A stretch of DNA of 64,000 nucleotides from contig CM059432.1 in assembly GCA_030390025.1 (NCBI GenBank), positions 82,834,001 to 82,898,000 on the forward strand. Direction: 5' to 3'. Numbering within the stretch: position 1 is the first letter of the stretch; each line of letters opens with the position of its first letter. This DNA comes from Squalus acanthias (taxonomy: Eukaryota). Below are positions 49,410-62,869 of this stretch, one piece after another. Under the pieces are notes generated by a model that made no database searches, was not told the DNA's origin, and saw only the letters and a program-made list of their open reading frames with translations. The translations under genes were made by a program, and so were the position numbers.

Positions 49410-51500
49410 CAAGAACAATAACTTGCATTTATATAGCGCCGTAAACATAGTAAAACATCCCAAAGCGCTTCACAGGAGCGATTATCAAACAAAATTTGAC
49501 ACCGAGCCACAAAGAGATATGAAGAAAGCTTGGTCAAATAGGTAGATTTTAAGTAGCGCCTTAAAGGAGGAGAGAGATAGAGAGGACGAGATATTTAGGG
49601 GGGGAATTCCAGAGCTTAGGGCCTATGCAGCTGAAGGCACGGCCGCCAATGGGGGAGCGATTAAAATCTGGAATGCGCAAAAAAAAATAAAGCTCTCAGA
49701 GGGTTGTAGGGCTGGAGGAGGTTAGAGAGAAAAGGAGGGGCAACACCATAGAGGGATTTGAAAACAAGGATGAGAATTTTAAGATCGTGGCATTACCGGA
49801 CCGGGAGCCAATGTAGGCCAGCGAGCACAGGGATGATGGGTAAATAGGACTTGGGGCAAGTTAGGATACAGGCAGCAGAGTTTTGAATGAGCTCAAGTTT
49901 ATGTAGGGTGGAAGATGGAAGGCTAGCCAGGATAGCATTGGAATAGTGAAGTCTAGAGGTAACAAAGGCATGGATGAGGGTTTCAGCAGCGGATGAGCGG
50001 AGACGGGGGCAGAGACGGGCAATGTTACGGAGGTGGAAGTAGGCGGTCTTGGTGATGGATCGGATCTGTGGTTGGAAGCTCATCTCAGGGTCAAATACGA
50101 CACCAAGGTTGCAAATGGTCTGGTTCAGCCTCAGACAGTGGCCTGGGAGAGGGATGGAGTTGGCGACTTGTGAATGGAGTTTGTGGCGGAGACCGAAGAC
50201 AATGGCTTTGGTCTTCCCAATATTTAGTTGGAGCAAATTTCTGTTCATCCAGTACTGGATCTCAGATAAGCAGCATGAATAAATCAGAGACAGTGGAGGG
50301 GTTGAGAGAGATGGTGGCGAGGTAGAGTTGGGTGTCGTCAGCGTATATGTGGAACCTGACACTGGGTTTTCGGATGATGTTAGACTGGATAGATAAGAAT
50401 GGAACCAGCCAAGGGCAGTCACACCCAGCTGGATGACAGAGGAGAGGCTTTGCAGTCAACCATTTCAAAAGCTGCAGACAGGTCAAGGATGAGAAGGGGG
50501 TGTACTACCGTCAGTCACATAGGATGTCATTTGTGACTGATTAGGGCCATTTCGGTACTGTGGCAGGCGTGGAAACCTGATTGGAGGAGTTCAAACATGG
50601 AGTTACGGGAAAGATGGGCACGGATTTGGGAGGCGACAACACGTTCAAGGACTTGAGAGAAAAAGGAGGTTGGAGATGGGGCGGTAGTTTGCAAGGACAG
50701 AGGGGTCAAGGGTGCATTTTTTGAGAAGCGGAGTGATGACGGCAGATTTGAAGGGGAGGGGGACAATATCTGAGGAGAGGGAACCATGAACATCAGCTAA
50801 CATGGGGGCCAGGGAACGAAGTTGGGTGGTCTGCAGTTTGGTGGGAATAGGGTCGAGGGAACAGGAGGTGGCTCTCATGGACAAGATGAGCTTGGAGAAG
50901 GCACGAAGGGAGATAGGAGAAAAACTAGAGAAAGATGCGAGTTCAAGGCTATGGTGGGGGGAACCTTAGGGAAGTTTGGCCCAGTGGGCTAGGGAAAGAG
51001 AGGGAAGTGGCAGAGGCAGCTGAACGGACGGTCTCAATCTTAGTGACAAAGAAGTCCATGAGCGCCTCGCACTTCTTGTTGGAGGTGAGTGTGGAGGAGA
51101 CGGGGGAGAGGAGTTTAAAAAGATGGTATATAGTGGAGGAGAAGATTATCCTGGAATAGTGAGCAGTTTTGGCAGAGGAGAGCAGGGCCTGATGGTGCTT
51201 TATGTGGTCCAGCCAGATCCGGCGAAGAATGGGTAAACCAGTTGTCCGCCATAAACCTTCAAGTCTGCGTTCCTTAGACTAAAGGAAGCGGAGACAAGAG
51301 GGGTGGGGGGAATGACCAAGGTGAGAGAGAGTAATGGTTTTAATGGGGACAAGGGCATCAAAGGTGGTGGTGTGGGTGTGATGGGTTAGATTGGTAGCTG
51401 CAGAAATGTTGTGGTGAATGGAGGGCCAAAGGCTAGATAGTTGGGAATTTGAAAGTGCCATTTTAAGTGACTTGGAGAAGAGATTTTCCAGGGGCAAGTT
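49410..51500 (-). mobile_element. L2 LINE, ORF2 RT region with internal deletions
   Basis: TSCSLDPIPTKL, LANYRPISNL, LQSGFHACHSTEMAL, FHIYADDTQLY, AETLIHAFVTSRLHYSN, LHWLPVR. Tail gcgctatataaatgcaagttattgttc. Confidence 0.93.
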
Positions 51501-51927
51501 GACAGGAGAGAGGTGAAAGGAGGCATGATGACAGGAGAGGGGGGCCTAGGAGGGGTAGAGAGAAAAGAAAGTAAAAGGAACCAGACATGGCTGAGACACC
51601 CGCTGTGGTTAAATATCCTGCTGACATTCACGGTTTAGATTCAGACACAAGGATTGACAACTTGGGCAAAGAGCCAAGGGACGATCACACATGTGGAACC
51701 AGATTTCAGAAAAAGTTAGCTGCTTCAGTAGAGAAATAGAAAAACAAAAAAACAGAACATGCCCTGTGCAAATTTCAAGAAACTTTTCAATAAAATAAGG
51801 ATCCCAGATGATCGTATCCTAATAAACTGTGTTTCTCATTATATAAATGCTTCCTAACTGTTTGTAGAAGGATCAAATGGGAAAAAAACATTTAAGCTAA
51901 AACAAATCTAACACTAAGTGAACATAC

Positions 51928-52128
51928 CTGCATTGGCTGCTAAACTTCCTTGACTGCCCATCATCCCTTGATTACCCATCACTTGCTGTGACATTACTGC
52001 ATATGGACTACTGTTTCGCATTGGTGGGAATGGTCCTGCACTTGTCTGACCTTGCATGTGTATGTCCAATGCCACATTTCGACCCTGTTGTTGTCTGGTT
52101 GGTTGTACAGCTCGAGGATTATTGAAAG
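51928..52128 (-). CDS. NCOA2: NCOA2 coding exon
   Basis: TFNNPR...AGPFPPMRNSSPYAVMSQQVMGNQGMMG. Boundaries ctgtag| and |gtatgt. 201 nt, phase 1 to 1. Confidence 0.95.
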
Positions 52129-52317
52129 CTACAGTTTGAGAGTTAAAAGAAAGGAAAATAAATGTGCATTGGTCAAGAGCTACGTTACCAGTATTAAACA
52201 TTTACCTGGGAAAAGTCTTTCAAGTAAAAAATAAAGGCACCATCAGAACTGTTGTGCTTATGCTATGATAGGCACAAATGCATAAGAGCATTACTGAATA
52301 ACTTCTCGTTTAATAAT

Positions 52318-52530
52318 GGTCCATAATTTGCTGTCAAAAATAATGGCGAGTGCAAACTTAAGCGCAAATGCTACAGCAACTTCAGACGAGGGCAGATGCG
52401 TGGTTAAACACGGAAATCCACATGCTGTCTGAGATGCGTCACTCCGCCATTAGCTTCGCAAAAACTGCATCTCTCTGCCTGGCTCACCATTGGCATGCAT
52501 TGAGCGGTGTGAAGTTGCTGTAGTTGCACG
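52318..52530 (+). mobile_element. Non-autonomous DNA transposon end (Harbinger-like)
   Basis: ggtccataatttgctgtc start, shared with 53083, plus internal inverted repeat ctacagcaacttca / tgaagttgctgtag. Confidence 0.45.
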
Positions 52531-53082
52531 CTATACGAACTAAACAAAGTTAAGACATTTTAAAATAATTATTAAAACTTTTCCTTTGTCTCTTTTTCTC
52601 TCTCTCTGCTTTGACACCCTTTTGGAATGATGTATCCTAGGTTGACGAGTACTCACACTTAATGGGTGAGAAGTAGATGATGTACAGCCCAACAAAGGGC
52701 AGCAGTCTGCATCTGGGCTGCAGAAAGACAAAATAGCTGAAGAAAGCAGCAGCGCCAGGAAGCTTTGATGGCCGAAGTCTGTCAGTAGAACTGAAGACAT
52801 TGGAGAGAGCTGTAGTAGCAGAATGACTCTTCCTTTTTATCACTTTACCGCAGAGCAAAGTGAATAATGATGCAATAGTTAAAGGTACTAACCCAATTTT
52901 TCGCAAATACAATTGTACTATGGTTCAAAATGACTCATGCCTACAAAAGCTGATGTTTATGGCAAAACAAATTACTGCCCAAAAAAGGCATGTGGCTAGA
53001 AATAGGATTTGAAATATTGTCCAATTTGGTAGAAAATTTAATCCAATGTTCAGTTTGCTTCACATATGGAAATGTAAACATT

Positions 53083-53390
53083 GGGACATAATTTGCTGTA
53101 GCAGGGCAACTAATGGCGTCTGCCATTAGGTAGACTTGCCCTTGCATGTTTAGGCATCTAAAATTTGTGTGTGGTAAGTTGCTGAAAGTGCGAGCTGATA
53201 ACGTTGCAACGAGCGAAACTGGGTATCTGGGACCTGAGTGAACAGGACAAGCAAGTGTATATCTCCTTAACCAATCAGACTGAAGGACTGAGAAGGAAGT
53301 GTAAATTAGAGTGGGTGAATTCCATGTCAAGTCAGGTACAGGAAGAGAAATAAAAGAAAGGGAAAGATAGATTGGATTAATAGAGAGGTG
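53083..53390 (+). mobile_element. Non-autonomous DNA transposon end (Harbinger-like)
   Basis: gggacataatttgctgta start and short internal hairpins (ctaatggcgtctgccattag). Confidence 0.45.
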
Positions 53391-56160
53391 CCACATCCTG
53401 CCTCAATGTCAAGGGCAGTCACCTCTAGAATTCAGCTCTTGTCATGTTTAGACCAAGGCTGTAATCAGGTTGGGAGAAGAGTGGTCCTGGCGGAACCCAA
53501 ACTGAGCATCGATGAGCAAGTTATTGCTGAATAAGAGCTCCTTGATAGCACTGTTAAAGACTCCTTCCAGCACTTTGCTGATGATTTAAGAGTAAACTGA
53601 TGGGGCGGTAATTGGCCGGGTTGGATTTGTCCTGCTTTTTGTAGACAGGACATACCTGGGCAATCTTCCACATTGTCAGGAAGATTCGAGTCCTTTGGAT
53701 GTACTGGAACAGCTTAGCTAGGGGCATAGCTAGTCCTGGAGCACAGATCTTCAACAGTACAGCCAGGATGCTGTCGGGGCCCATAGCCTTTGCTGTGTCC
53801 AGTGCATTCAGCTGTTTTTTGATGTCACATGGAGTGAATTAAATTGGCTTAAGACTGGCATCTACGATGGTGGGGACCTCAGAAGGAGGCCGAGATGGAT
53901 CATCCACTTGATATTTCTGGTTGAAGATAGTTGCAAATGCTTCAGCCTTGTCTTTTACACTCACATGCTGGGCTCCACCATCATTGAGGAAGATCATGGA
54001 GCCTCCTCCTCCCCCCATTAACTTAAATTGTCCATCACCATTCACGACTGGATGTGGCAGGGTTGCAGAGCTTTGATCTGATCAGTTGATTGTGGGGTCG
54101 CTTAGCTCTGTCTAAGCATGCTGCTTTTGTGGTTTAACATGCATGTAGTCCTCTGTTGTAGCTTCACAAGGTTGGCACCTCATTTTCAGGTATGTCTGGT
54201 GCTGCTCCCGGCATGCTCTTCTACACTCCTCGTTGAACCAGGATTAAATTTATGGAGTAGTGAGGGATATGCCAGGCCATGAGGTTACAGATTGCGGTGG
54301 TATACAATTCTGCTGCTGCTGCTGCTGATGGCCCACAGTGCCTCATGGATGTCCAGTTTTTGAGCTGCTAGATCTGTACTTAGAGTCATAGAGTTATACA
54401 GCACAGAAAGAGGCCCTTCGGCCCATCGTGTCCGCGCCGGCCATCAAGCCCTGTCTATTCTAATCCCATTTTCCAGCACTTGGTCCGTAGCCTTGTATGC
54501 TATGGCGTTTCAAGTGCTCATCTAAATGCTTCTTGAATGTTGTGAGGGTTCCTGCCTCTACCACCCTTTCAGGCAGTGAGTTCCAGATTCCAACCACCCT
54601 CTGGGTGAAAAAGTTTTTCCTCAAATCCCCTCTAAACCTCCTGCCCTTACCTTGAAACTATGCCCCCTGGTTATTGACCCCTCTACTAAGGGGAAAAGTT
54701 CCTTTCTATCTATGCCCCTCATAATTTTGTACACCCCAGTCAGGTCCCCCCTCAGCCTTCTCTGCTCCAAGGAAAACAACTCCAGCCTGTCCAGTCTCTC
54801 CTCATAGCTGAAGCGCTCAAGCCCAGGTAACATCCTAGTGAATCTCCTCTGCACCCTCTCCAATGCAATCACATCCTTCCTATAGTGTGGCGACCAGAAC
54901 TGCACACAGTATTCCAGCTGTGGCCTAACTAGCGTTTTGTACAGCTCCATCATAACCTCCCTGCTCTTATATTCTATGCCTCGGCTAATGATGGCAAGTA
55001 TCCCATATGCCTTTTTAACCACCTTATCTACCTGCCCTGCTGCCTTCAGGGATCTATGTACATGCACACCAAGGTCCCTCTGATCCGCTGTCCTAGGGTC
55101 CTACCATTCATTGTGTATTCCCTTGCCTTGTTAGTCCTCCCAAAATGTATCACCTCACACTTTTCAGGGTTAAATTCCATTTGCCACTGTTCTGCTCATC
55201 TGACCAACCAGTCTATATCGTCCTGTAGCCTGGGGCTTCCCTCCTCGCTATTTACCACTCCACCAATTTTCGTGTCATCTGTGAACTTACTGATCATACC
55301 GCCTACATTCATATCTAAATCATTAATGTACACTACAAACAGCAAGGGACCCAGCACCGATCCCTGAGGTACACCACTGGACACAGGCTTCCAGTCACAA
55401 AAACAACCTTCGACCATCACCCTCTGCCGCCTGCCACTAAGTCAATTTTGGATCCAATGTGCCAAATTGCCCTGGATCCCATGGGCTCTTACCTTTTCCA
55501 TGACTACCTTAAATTTCACCGAATTATGGTCACCGTCACCAAAATGCTCTCCTACTGACACTTCTACCACTTGCCCGGCTACATTCCCTAGAATTAGGTC
55601 CAGTACCACCCCCTCTCTTGTAGGACTTTCTACATGCTGGCTCAAAAAGCTCTCCTGGATGCACTTTAAGAATTCTGCCCCCTTTAAGCCTTTCACACTC
55701 TGACTATCCCAGTTAATATTGGGGAAGTTGAAATCCCCTACTATTATTACCCTATTATTTCTACACTTCTGAGATTTTCCTACATATCTGTTCCTCTATC
55801 TCCCCCTGACTGTTTGATCTATCCCACTTAACATGGTGGTAATGCCACAGGACACGACTGAAGGTATCCTCAGTGTGAAGAACTATTTGGCCTCCACAAT
55901 GATTGCATGGTGGTAACACCCATCAATGCGGTCATGGGCAGATGCATATGTGACAGGTAGATTGTTAAGGACGAGGTCAAGTAGGTTCTCAGTCTGGCAG
56001 CTACGAACTTCAGGATTCAGCCAGCTTGTTCAGTGGTGGTATTACTGTGTCACTCTTGCTGATGGACATGGAAGTTCTCCACCCAGAGTACATTCTGTGT
56101 TGTTGCTACCCTAAGTGGCATTCAATATGGATAAGCACTGATTCATCAGCTAAGGGAGAG
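53390..56160 (-). mobile_element. CR1-clade LINE (second family), split by a nested CR1 insertion
   Basis: GPDSILAVLLKICAPGLAMPLAKLFQ...KQDKSNPANYRPISLL in 53390-54380. The element resumes at ~55817. Confidence 0.85.
54385..55815 (-). mobile_element. CR1 LINE (nested, internally deleted)
   Basis: SGVPQGSVLGPLLFVVYINDLD and [19 protein letters not shown]. Endonuclease fragment GDFNFPNINW/PTREGVVLDLIL. catagagt tail. Confidence 0.92.
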
Positions 56161-56437
56161 CTTTTTTGTTTTGAACTTGTTCAGTGATTTCTGCTCCACG
56201 ATCTCCCCCTAGGAGCCTCCTTCTTATGACATGGTAGGAGTTGGATTTGTGAATTTCTTTGATTGTCACCAATGTAATTCTGTGTTGAGAAACAGCTGCT
56301 CATCTACCTGTTCTAAGATACGAGGTCACTTACTATGAACTTCAGTTGTTCCTCTTCACTAATCCTGTGACTAGGAAACTGTTAACCTACCATCCAATTT
56401 TCCCCATCAATAACAGCAGCCAAAGAGAAGTCAACCC

Positions 56438-56553
56438 AGATGTTGGCCTCAGTACTGCACTGAAGTGTCAATCTAAATAATGTGCTCAATTCTCTAGAGT
56501 GGAGCTTGAACCCATGACCTAACTCAGAGGCGAGAATGCTACAACTGAGCCAA
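56438..56553 (-). mobile_element. DeuSINE head fragment
   Basis: Reverse complement of ttggctcagttgtagcattctcgcctctgag...ggttcaagctccactc...gagcaca. Confidence 0.7.
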
Positions 56554-58352
56554 AGCAGACTCAGATGGTCTGCAAAATGCCTAACAAACGTATTTGTTTG
56601 ATTAATGCTACAGCTACTCGCTATGGCACCAGAAATCCTGATGAAGGATATAGCATTATTTTTTTCCTCATATCTCCTTCAATTTTATTAAAATGAATAT
56701 ATTACAGATGACTGGCACAGAGGTGTAGATGAAGTATGTTTGCAACATGTCTCTGTGAGAAAGGAACTAAGACAGAATATTGTTTGTGAACCTTAAAAAT
56801 TCAATTGTGGCTTTTGAAAGTTACCCTGTCAGTCTGTTTTAAAATGAGACACACAACAATTAAAAATATCAACTGGCGAAAGGAACAAAGGTGTGCAATC
56901 ACAGCACCTCCCTCAGGTTATTTAGTTAAATCTAAAAGAAATTCAGTAAAGGTTCCAATAAATCAGCATTTATGCACCTATGAGCATGAATTCACAAGAA
57001 GTGTGACATCACCATAACTTAAATCCCCTGATCTTATTAGACTGGAGAGTGAATTAAAAAAGTGATACTACATTAAACCACCTGCCCCCATTCAAGATAA
57101 CAAGCACCCAGAAAGCATTCTACATCTTTGGAACGCATTCCAAATTATAGCTGCTATTCTTTTTGTTGCAAGAAGTTAGTCTGGCTACTCCACGGAATAC
57201 TACATCTCCGACGCAAAACCACATCTCCAAGGCAAAACTAATCAGTAAGATGACATACTGTGCTCCCCACAAACTTGCCAGTGATGAGCTCCTTTAGCCA
57301 TTACAGTCACATTGCATTAGTCAGAGTGAAAACGGTGAGGCAAAAGGAGATAAATGGGAGTTACAAAATAAAATTAAAAATAGCTGCAGTTCCTACTCAC
57401 AACAGCAGATGGTGTTCTCTCTATACTACCAAAACTTTGCGCAAAACAGGACTTGTATATTTCTACATAATTTATAAAAAGGACAAAAAAAGCAGCTTCA
57501 AAGATCCAGCAGTAGAGGTGGAATTCTCATTCTGTATCACCCATTCTCCAACCAATTACAGGCCTTCAAACTGAGCACCCTGTAAATGGACAATTTTCAC
57601 TATTTCCCAGACAGGCTGCTTGATGGAACTCTATTATTGTACAGCACTCCATAGTGAGAAGAGAAGCAAGCTGAACCCTCTTGTTGGTAGGATGGAGCAG
57701 CACTGGCAGTAGCTGCAGTCTAGTAAATAATCCAGACCGTAAATCGTCTGGCATGCAAACCAAAATATAGTCAGGTGTTTAGAAGAACTGAAACAGCAAG
57801 ATTAGGTAGTAATATATTCTGTGCAATGCATAAAAATATGAAAGATCACACATCTTCACTATTTTACATCGTTATCAAACCAGTCAATCCCACACGAATA
57901 TTAAGAGTCACTTTTAGGTAGGGGTAACAGCTGGCTGAAGAGGATGTAGAAGGCGGCAGCAGTAAGTTGAGGAATGTAGGGATGCAGATACTGGCACCTA
58001 ATCTCACCAAGATCTGCTCTTCACCTCCACTTCATTTACTAATAGGCAGAGGGTGTGGTACATAGATACATGCATGCATACCTCCAGACGGATCAATGTA
58101 ATCCTGGTCTTCATTTTGGTTGAACAATGTAGATCAAAATAGGGTACATTATCAAAAGTAAACACTGTTTAAAATGTGCCAACAAATATCACTCTCTGCT
58201 CAGTTGTCTGAGTTTTCCATTTTACAAGATTATACGAATTGTAGACTTAGAAACTGTACATTTTAAAGTCCACAATGATAGAGAAAAGGGATAACATATA
58301 CTAAAAATGCAAAGGACATTTACATTCTAGAGGTTAAAAATATAAAACTTAC

Positions 58353-58563
58353 TGTTGTGTAACATGCCAGGTAATGGATTCTGTGTTCCAAGAGGTGGGG
58401 CAGAGACACTTTCATTGCCAATTTGCAGAAGGTCTTGGAAGATGGTCTGTTTGTCAACTGGTACGCTGGCAGGTGCCGTCTTCGTGCCTGGGAAAAGCTG
58501 TTGTAACTGACTGTTCTGCAGGTCATCAAGAATTTCTTCTAAGTTATCCAAGTCACTGCTGAT
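58353..58563 (-). CDS. NCOA2: NCOA2 coding exon (approx. human exon 12 equivalent)
   Basis: Encodes [25 protein letters not shown]...VDKQTIFQDLLQ, matching NCOA2 [22 protein letters not shown]. Acceptor gacagcag|, donor |gtaagt. 211 nt, phase 0 to 1. Confidence 0.95.
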
Positions 58564-58739
58564 CTGCTGTCAACAACAAGGCCAATTACCACCCGTCAAT
58601 TTTGTGTTCAAGCCCAATCAGTGGATTTGCGAAGAAACTAATTAAGTACCATGGCCTATTTAATTTTTTTTTTTTTAATTATTCCCCCCTCCCCCTCAGT
58701 TCTCTCCTGAAGGTATGAATTTTTGTTGGGGTAAAATCT

Positions 58740-59030
58740 CACGGCACCAGGAACCCTCCAGTACATGTGACAATCTAGAGATTGTCACGACTATGAAGGG
58801 CACTTCAGTCAAGCTTGAACCCATCATCTGTCAATGTCCATGCACACACACACACTCCAGCATGGGTGACCAGATAGGAAATGAGAACCCATGTTATTTT
58901 TCCCCTTCAAGGCCCAGGGAAACTCAAGCAATCGTAGAATCCTGGCTGAGATCAGCTAACTCAGCGCAGACTGAAAGCGGGACCTTCAGATCTATAGGGC
59001 TTATTTGGTGCATTTACCCACCAAATCAGT
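58740..59030 (-). mobile_element. tRNA-derived SINE (family B)
   Basis: ggctgagatcagctaactcagcgcagactgaaagcgggaccttc block. Confidence 0.6.
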
Positions 59031-60079
59031 GGAAGAGCTATCTACACTCTTATGTAAAGCACCTGTCGGTGAACTTCAATCCAAACAAGATGTCTACCAT
59101 CCTAAATCAAGAGAGCAAAGCTCTTGTAGTGTATGGACCTGGAGATGGGATAATACAGGATTTTCTATAAAAACAGTTCAGAAACACATGGGGTATAATG
59201 ACTACGCAAAACTCACCTTGCTGCATACCATTAAGGTTGTCTATATTTTGAGAGTACCACCTAGTATTGATGAGAATTTAGTAAATATGATACTTCAGTT
59301 AGTTGCAACTTAGCACTTTCTAGGAATTCAGTTAAAAACTAGATACCCCTTAGTGAATTACATAGCAGTAATCCGGAGGTTCAGACATCATAAATTTTAT
59401 TTCTCATGATTTAATACAATATACATCTTGATCGGATTAGTCCATTTCAATTCAATGGCAGGTAACCAACACTGTTTGTAGTGTATACAGCATAATGAAT
59501 TTTGATTAGAATTATTTTTTAGATTTACAGTACTGTTTTTCGGTTTCAAAATGCTTAGTGCCTGATGAAATATTGTATATTGAATTTATAATACTGGAAT
59601 GCAGATGTGCTAAACTTCTGACAAAGGACATGCAGTTATTACCTAGATATCGCTAGGAGTTACAGGAAACTGCAATCAGTTGCTTGGATTATACTTCAAT
59701 ATTTCAAATGTACATTTTCAGACAGGAAATTAGATAGTTGACAGTACAAGGCATTAATTAAACCAAGCCATTTTGATGGGTTCATAGACTGAGAGCAATA
59801 TAAAAAAACACCAGGATAGCCCCAACATTGTATTACGTCAAGCCAGACATTTGATATTCTTTAGAATAGTTACAATTTTTTAAATATATAGTCAAACTGA
59901 GTACAGTGGAGGTGGCATAGGAACAATGGATACCATGATAAACGTCTTCTCCTCACATCCATCAAGTAGAATATAGGAAAACATGGAGTGCATTATAGAC
60001 GGTGTAACACTGCACATACCATCAGAATCATAGCTTTTGTATAAAGGGAATATACGCGATTATTTTAAGGAAGGGACGG

Positions 60080-60272
60080 GCTTGCATTTAGGTTTTGCTT
60101 TCACGTCTCAGGACATCCCAAAGCGCTTCACAGCCAATTAATTACTTTTGAAATGCAGTCGTTACTATTTACACAGCAGCCAATTTGTGCACATTAAACT
60201 CCCACAAACAACAAATGAGTTAAATGACCACCTGTTTCAGTGGTGTTGGTTGAGGCATGTCAGCCAGGACAC
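60080..60272 (-). mobile_element. DeuSINE 3' fragment
   Basis: cttgcattta...tcaggacatcccaaagcgcttcacagccaat...ggttgagg...gccaggacac. Confidence 0.75.
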
Positions 60273-60477
60273 TAGGGCTACACTTTCAAAAATAGCAGAG
60301 GAATAAAATTGGTCAACTAGGCAACCCTATTAGGTGGTGATAGCAACTATTCAGATGACAAATGGAGTATCTTTAAACCAATCCATGCAAAAGGAAGCCA
60401 CATATGCCCCCGGCAAAGGGCACGTGGTCAAACCAAGCTAAGGTGGCTAACTGGTGATGTGCAAGAAAAAGGATAGC

Positions 60478-61920
60478 TAACATAATACCTATATTTAAGA
60501 AGGGAGATAGAACATGTCCAGGGAACTATAGACCAGTCAGCTTAACATTGGTGGTAGGAAAAATAATGGAACCCTTACTAAAGGGGAAAATGGAAGAACA
60601 TCTAGAAACCAAAAATATAATAAATAGTCAGCATGGATTTCAAAAGGGAAAATCTTGCTTGACCAACATCATTGAATTTTTTGAAGAGGTAACAGAGAGA
60701 GTAGACAAGGGTAATGCAGGAGATGTAATTTATCTAGATTTTCAAAAGGCCTTCGATAAGGTACCACATAATAGACTAATGAATAAGGTCAGAGAATGCA
60801 GAGTCAGGGGACAAGTAGCAGAATGGATAGCTAGCTGGCTTAAAGACAGAAAGCAGAGAGTAGGGGTAAAGGGTAGCTATTCAGAGTGGCAGAAGGTGGG
60901 AAGTGGTGTTCCACAAGGATCAGTGCTGGGACCACTGTTGTTCACAATTTATATTAACGATTTAGACTTTGGAATCAAAAACACAATTTCTAATTTTGTG
61001 GATGACACCAAATTGGGGGGGGGGGGGGGGATAGTCAATACTGAGGAGGACTGCAACAAATTACAAGAAGATATTAATAAACTTGCAAAATGGGCATATA
61101 ATTGGCAAATGCAATTCAACACAGATGTGAGGTATTACATTTTGGTAGGAAGAATAGGGAGGTCACATTAGTTGGAGGGTGTGAATCTAAGTGGGGTAGA
61201 GGAACAAAGGGATCTCGGAGTACAAATACACAAATCACAAAGTTGTGACACAGGTTAGCAAGGCCATAAAAAAAAAAACCAAGCACTAGGATTTATTTCT
61301 AGAGAGATAGAATTGAAAAGTAGGGAAGTTATGCTAAACTTGGATCGAACCTTGGTTAGACCACACTGAGTACTGCGTACAATTCTGGTCGCCATATTAC
61401 GAAAAGGATATAGAGGCACTGGAGAGGGTGCAGAGAAGAATTACAAGGATTATACCAGAAATGCGAGGGTATACCTATTAGGAAAGGATGAACAGGCTGG
61501 GTCTCTTTTCTCTTGAAAAGAGAAGGCTGAGTGACCTAATAGAGGTCATTAAAATCATGAAAGGTTTTGATAGAGTAGATACAGAGAGAGTGTTTCCACT
61601 TGTGGGAAAGAGCAAAACTAGAGGCCATCAATATAAGACAGTCACCAAGAAATGAAATAGGGAATTCAGAAGAAACTTCTTTACCCAGAGAGTGGTGAGA
61701 ATGTGGAACTCGCTACCACAGGGAGTGGTTGAAGCGAATAGTATAGTTGCATTTAAGGGGGGCTTAGATAAGCATATGAGGGAGAAGGGAATAGAGGGTT
61801 ATGCTGATAGTTAGATGAGGAAAGACAGGAGGAGGCTCGAGTGGAGCATAAACGCCGACATGGACTGGTTGGGTCAAATGGCCTGTTTCTGTACTGTATA
61901 TCCTATGTAATCCTATGTAA
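60478..61920 (+). mobile_element. CR1 LINE 3' half (RT)
   Basis: PGNYRPVSLT, SQHGFQKGKSCLTN, YLDFQKAFDKVPH, GVPQGSVLGPLLFTIYIND. (tcctatgtaa)2 tail. Confidence 0.95.
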
Positions 61921-61937
61921 AAGAACTAATCAGACTT

Positions 61938-62868
61938 ACATAAGAACAAAAGAAATAGGAGCTGGAGCAGGACATTCGCCCCTTCGAGCCTGCTCCGCCA
62001 TTCAATATCATGGCTGATCTTCTACCTCAACTCCACTTTCCTGCACTATCCCCATATCCTTTGAATACCCTTAATATTCAAAAATCTATCGATCTCTGTC
62101 TTGAATATATTCAACAACTGAGCCTCCACAGCCCTCTGGGGTAGAGAATTCCAAAGATTCACCACCCTCAGTGAAGAAATTTCTCCTCATCTCAGTCCTA
62201 AATGGCCTACCCCTTATTCTGAGACTGTAACCCCTGATTCTAGACTCCCCAGCCAGGGGAAACATCTTCCCTGCATCTACCCTGTCAAGCCCTATAAGAA
62301 TTTTGTATGTTTCAATGAGATCACCTCTCATTCTTCTAAACTCCAGAGAATATAGGCCTAGTCTACTCAATCTCTTCTCATAGGACAATCCCCCATCCCA
62401 GGAACCAGTCTGGTGAACCTTGCTTGCACTCCCTCTATGGCAAGTATATCCTTCCTTAGGTAAGGGGACCAAAACTGTGCACAATACTCCAGGTGTGGTC
62501 TCACCAGGGCCCTATATAATTGCAGTAAGACGTCTTTACTCTTAGACTCAAATCCTCTTGTAATAAAGGCCAACATACCATTTGCTTTCCTAATTGCTTG
62601 CTGTACCTGCATGTTAACTTTCAGTGATTCATGTACAAGGACACCCAAGGTCCCTCTGAACACCAACATTTCCCAATCTCTCACCATTTAAAAAATACTC
62701 TGCTTTTCTATTTTTCCTACCAAAGTGGATAACTTCACATTTCTCCACATTATATTCCATTTGCCATGCTCTTGCCCCACTCACTTAGCCTGTCTATATC
62801 CCCTTGAAGCCTCCTTGCATCCTCCTCACATCTTACATTCCCACCCAGCTTTGTATCATCAGCAAACT
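61938..62868 (-). mobile_element. CR1 LINE 3' fragment, tail-to-tail with the previous element
   Basis: KANGMLAFITRG...LYRALVRPHLEYCAQFWSP and acataagaa tail. Confidence 0.93.
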
Positions 62869-62869
62869 T

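Noticed and set aside
22599..58563. Assignment as NCOA1 or NCOA3
   Set aside because: Exon peptides ([40 protein letters not shown]) match NCOA2 far better, despite the shared ancestral segments.
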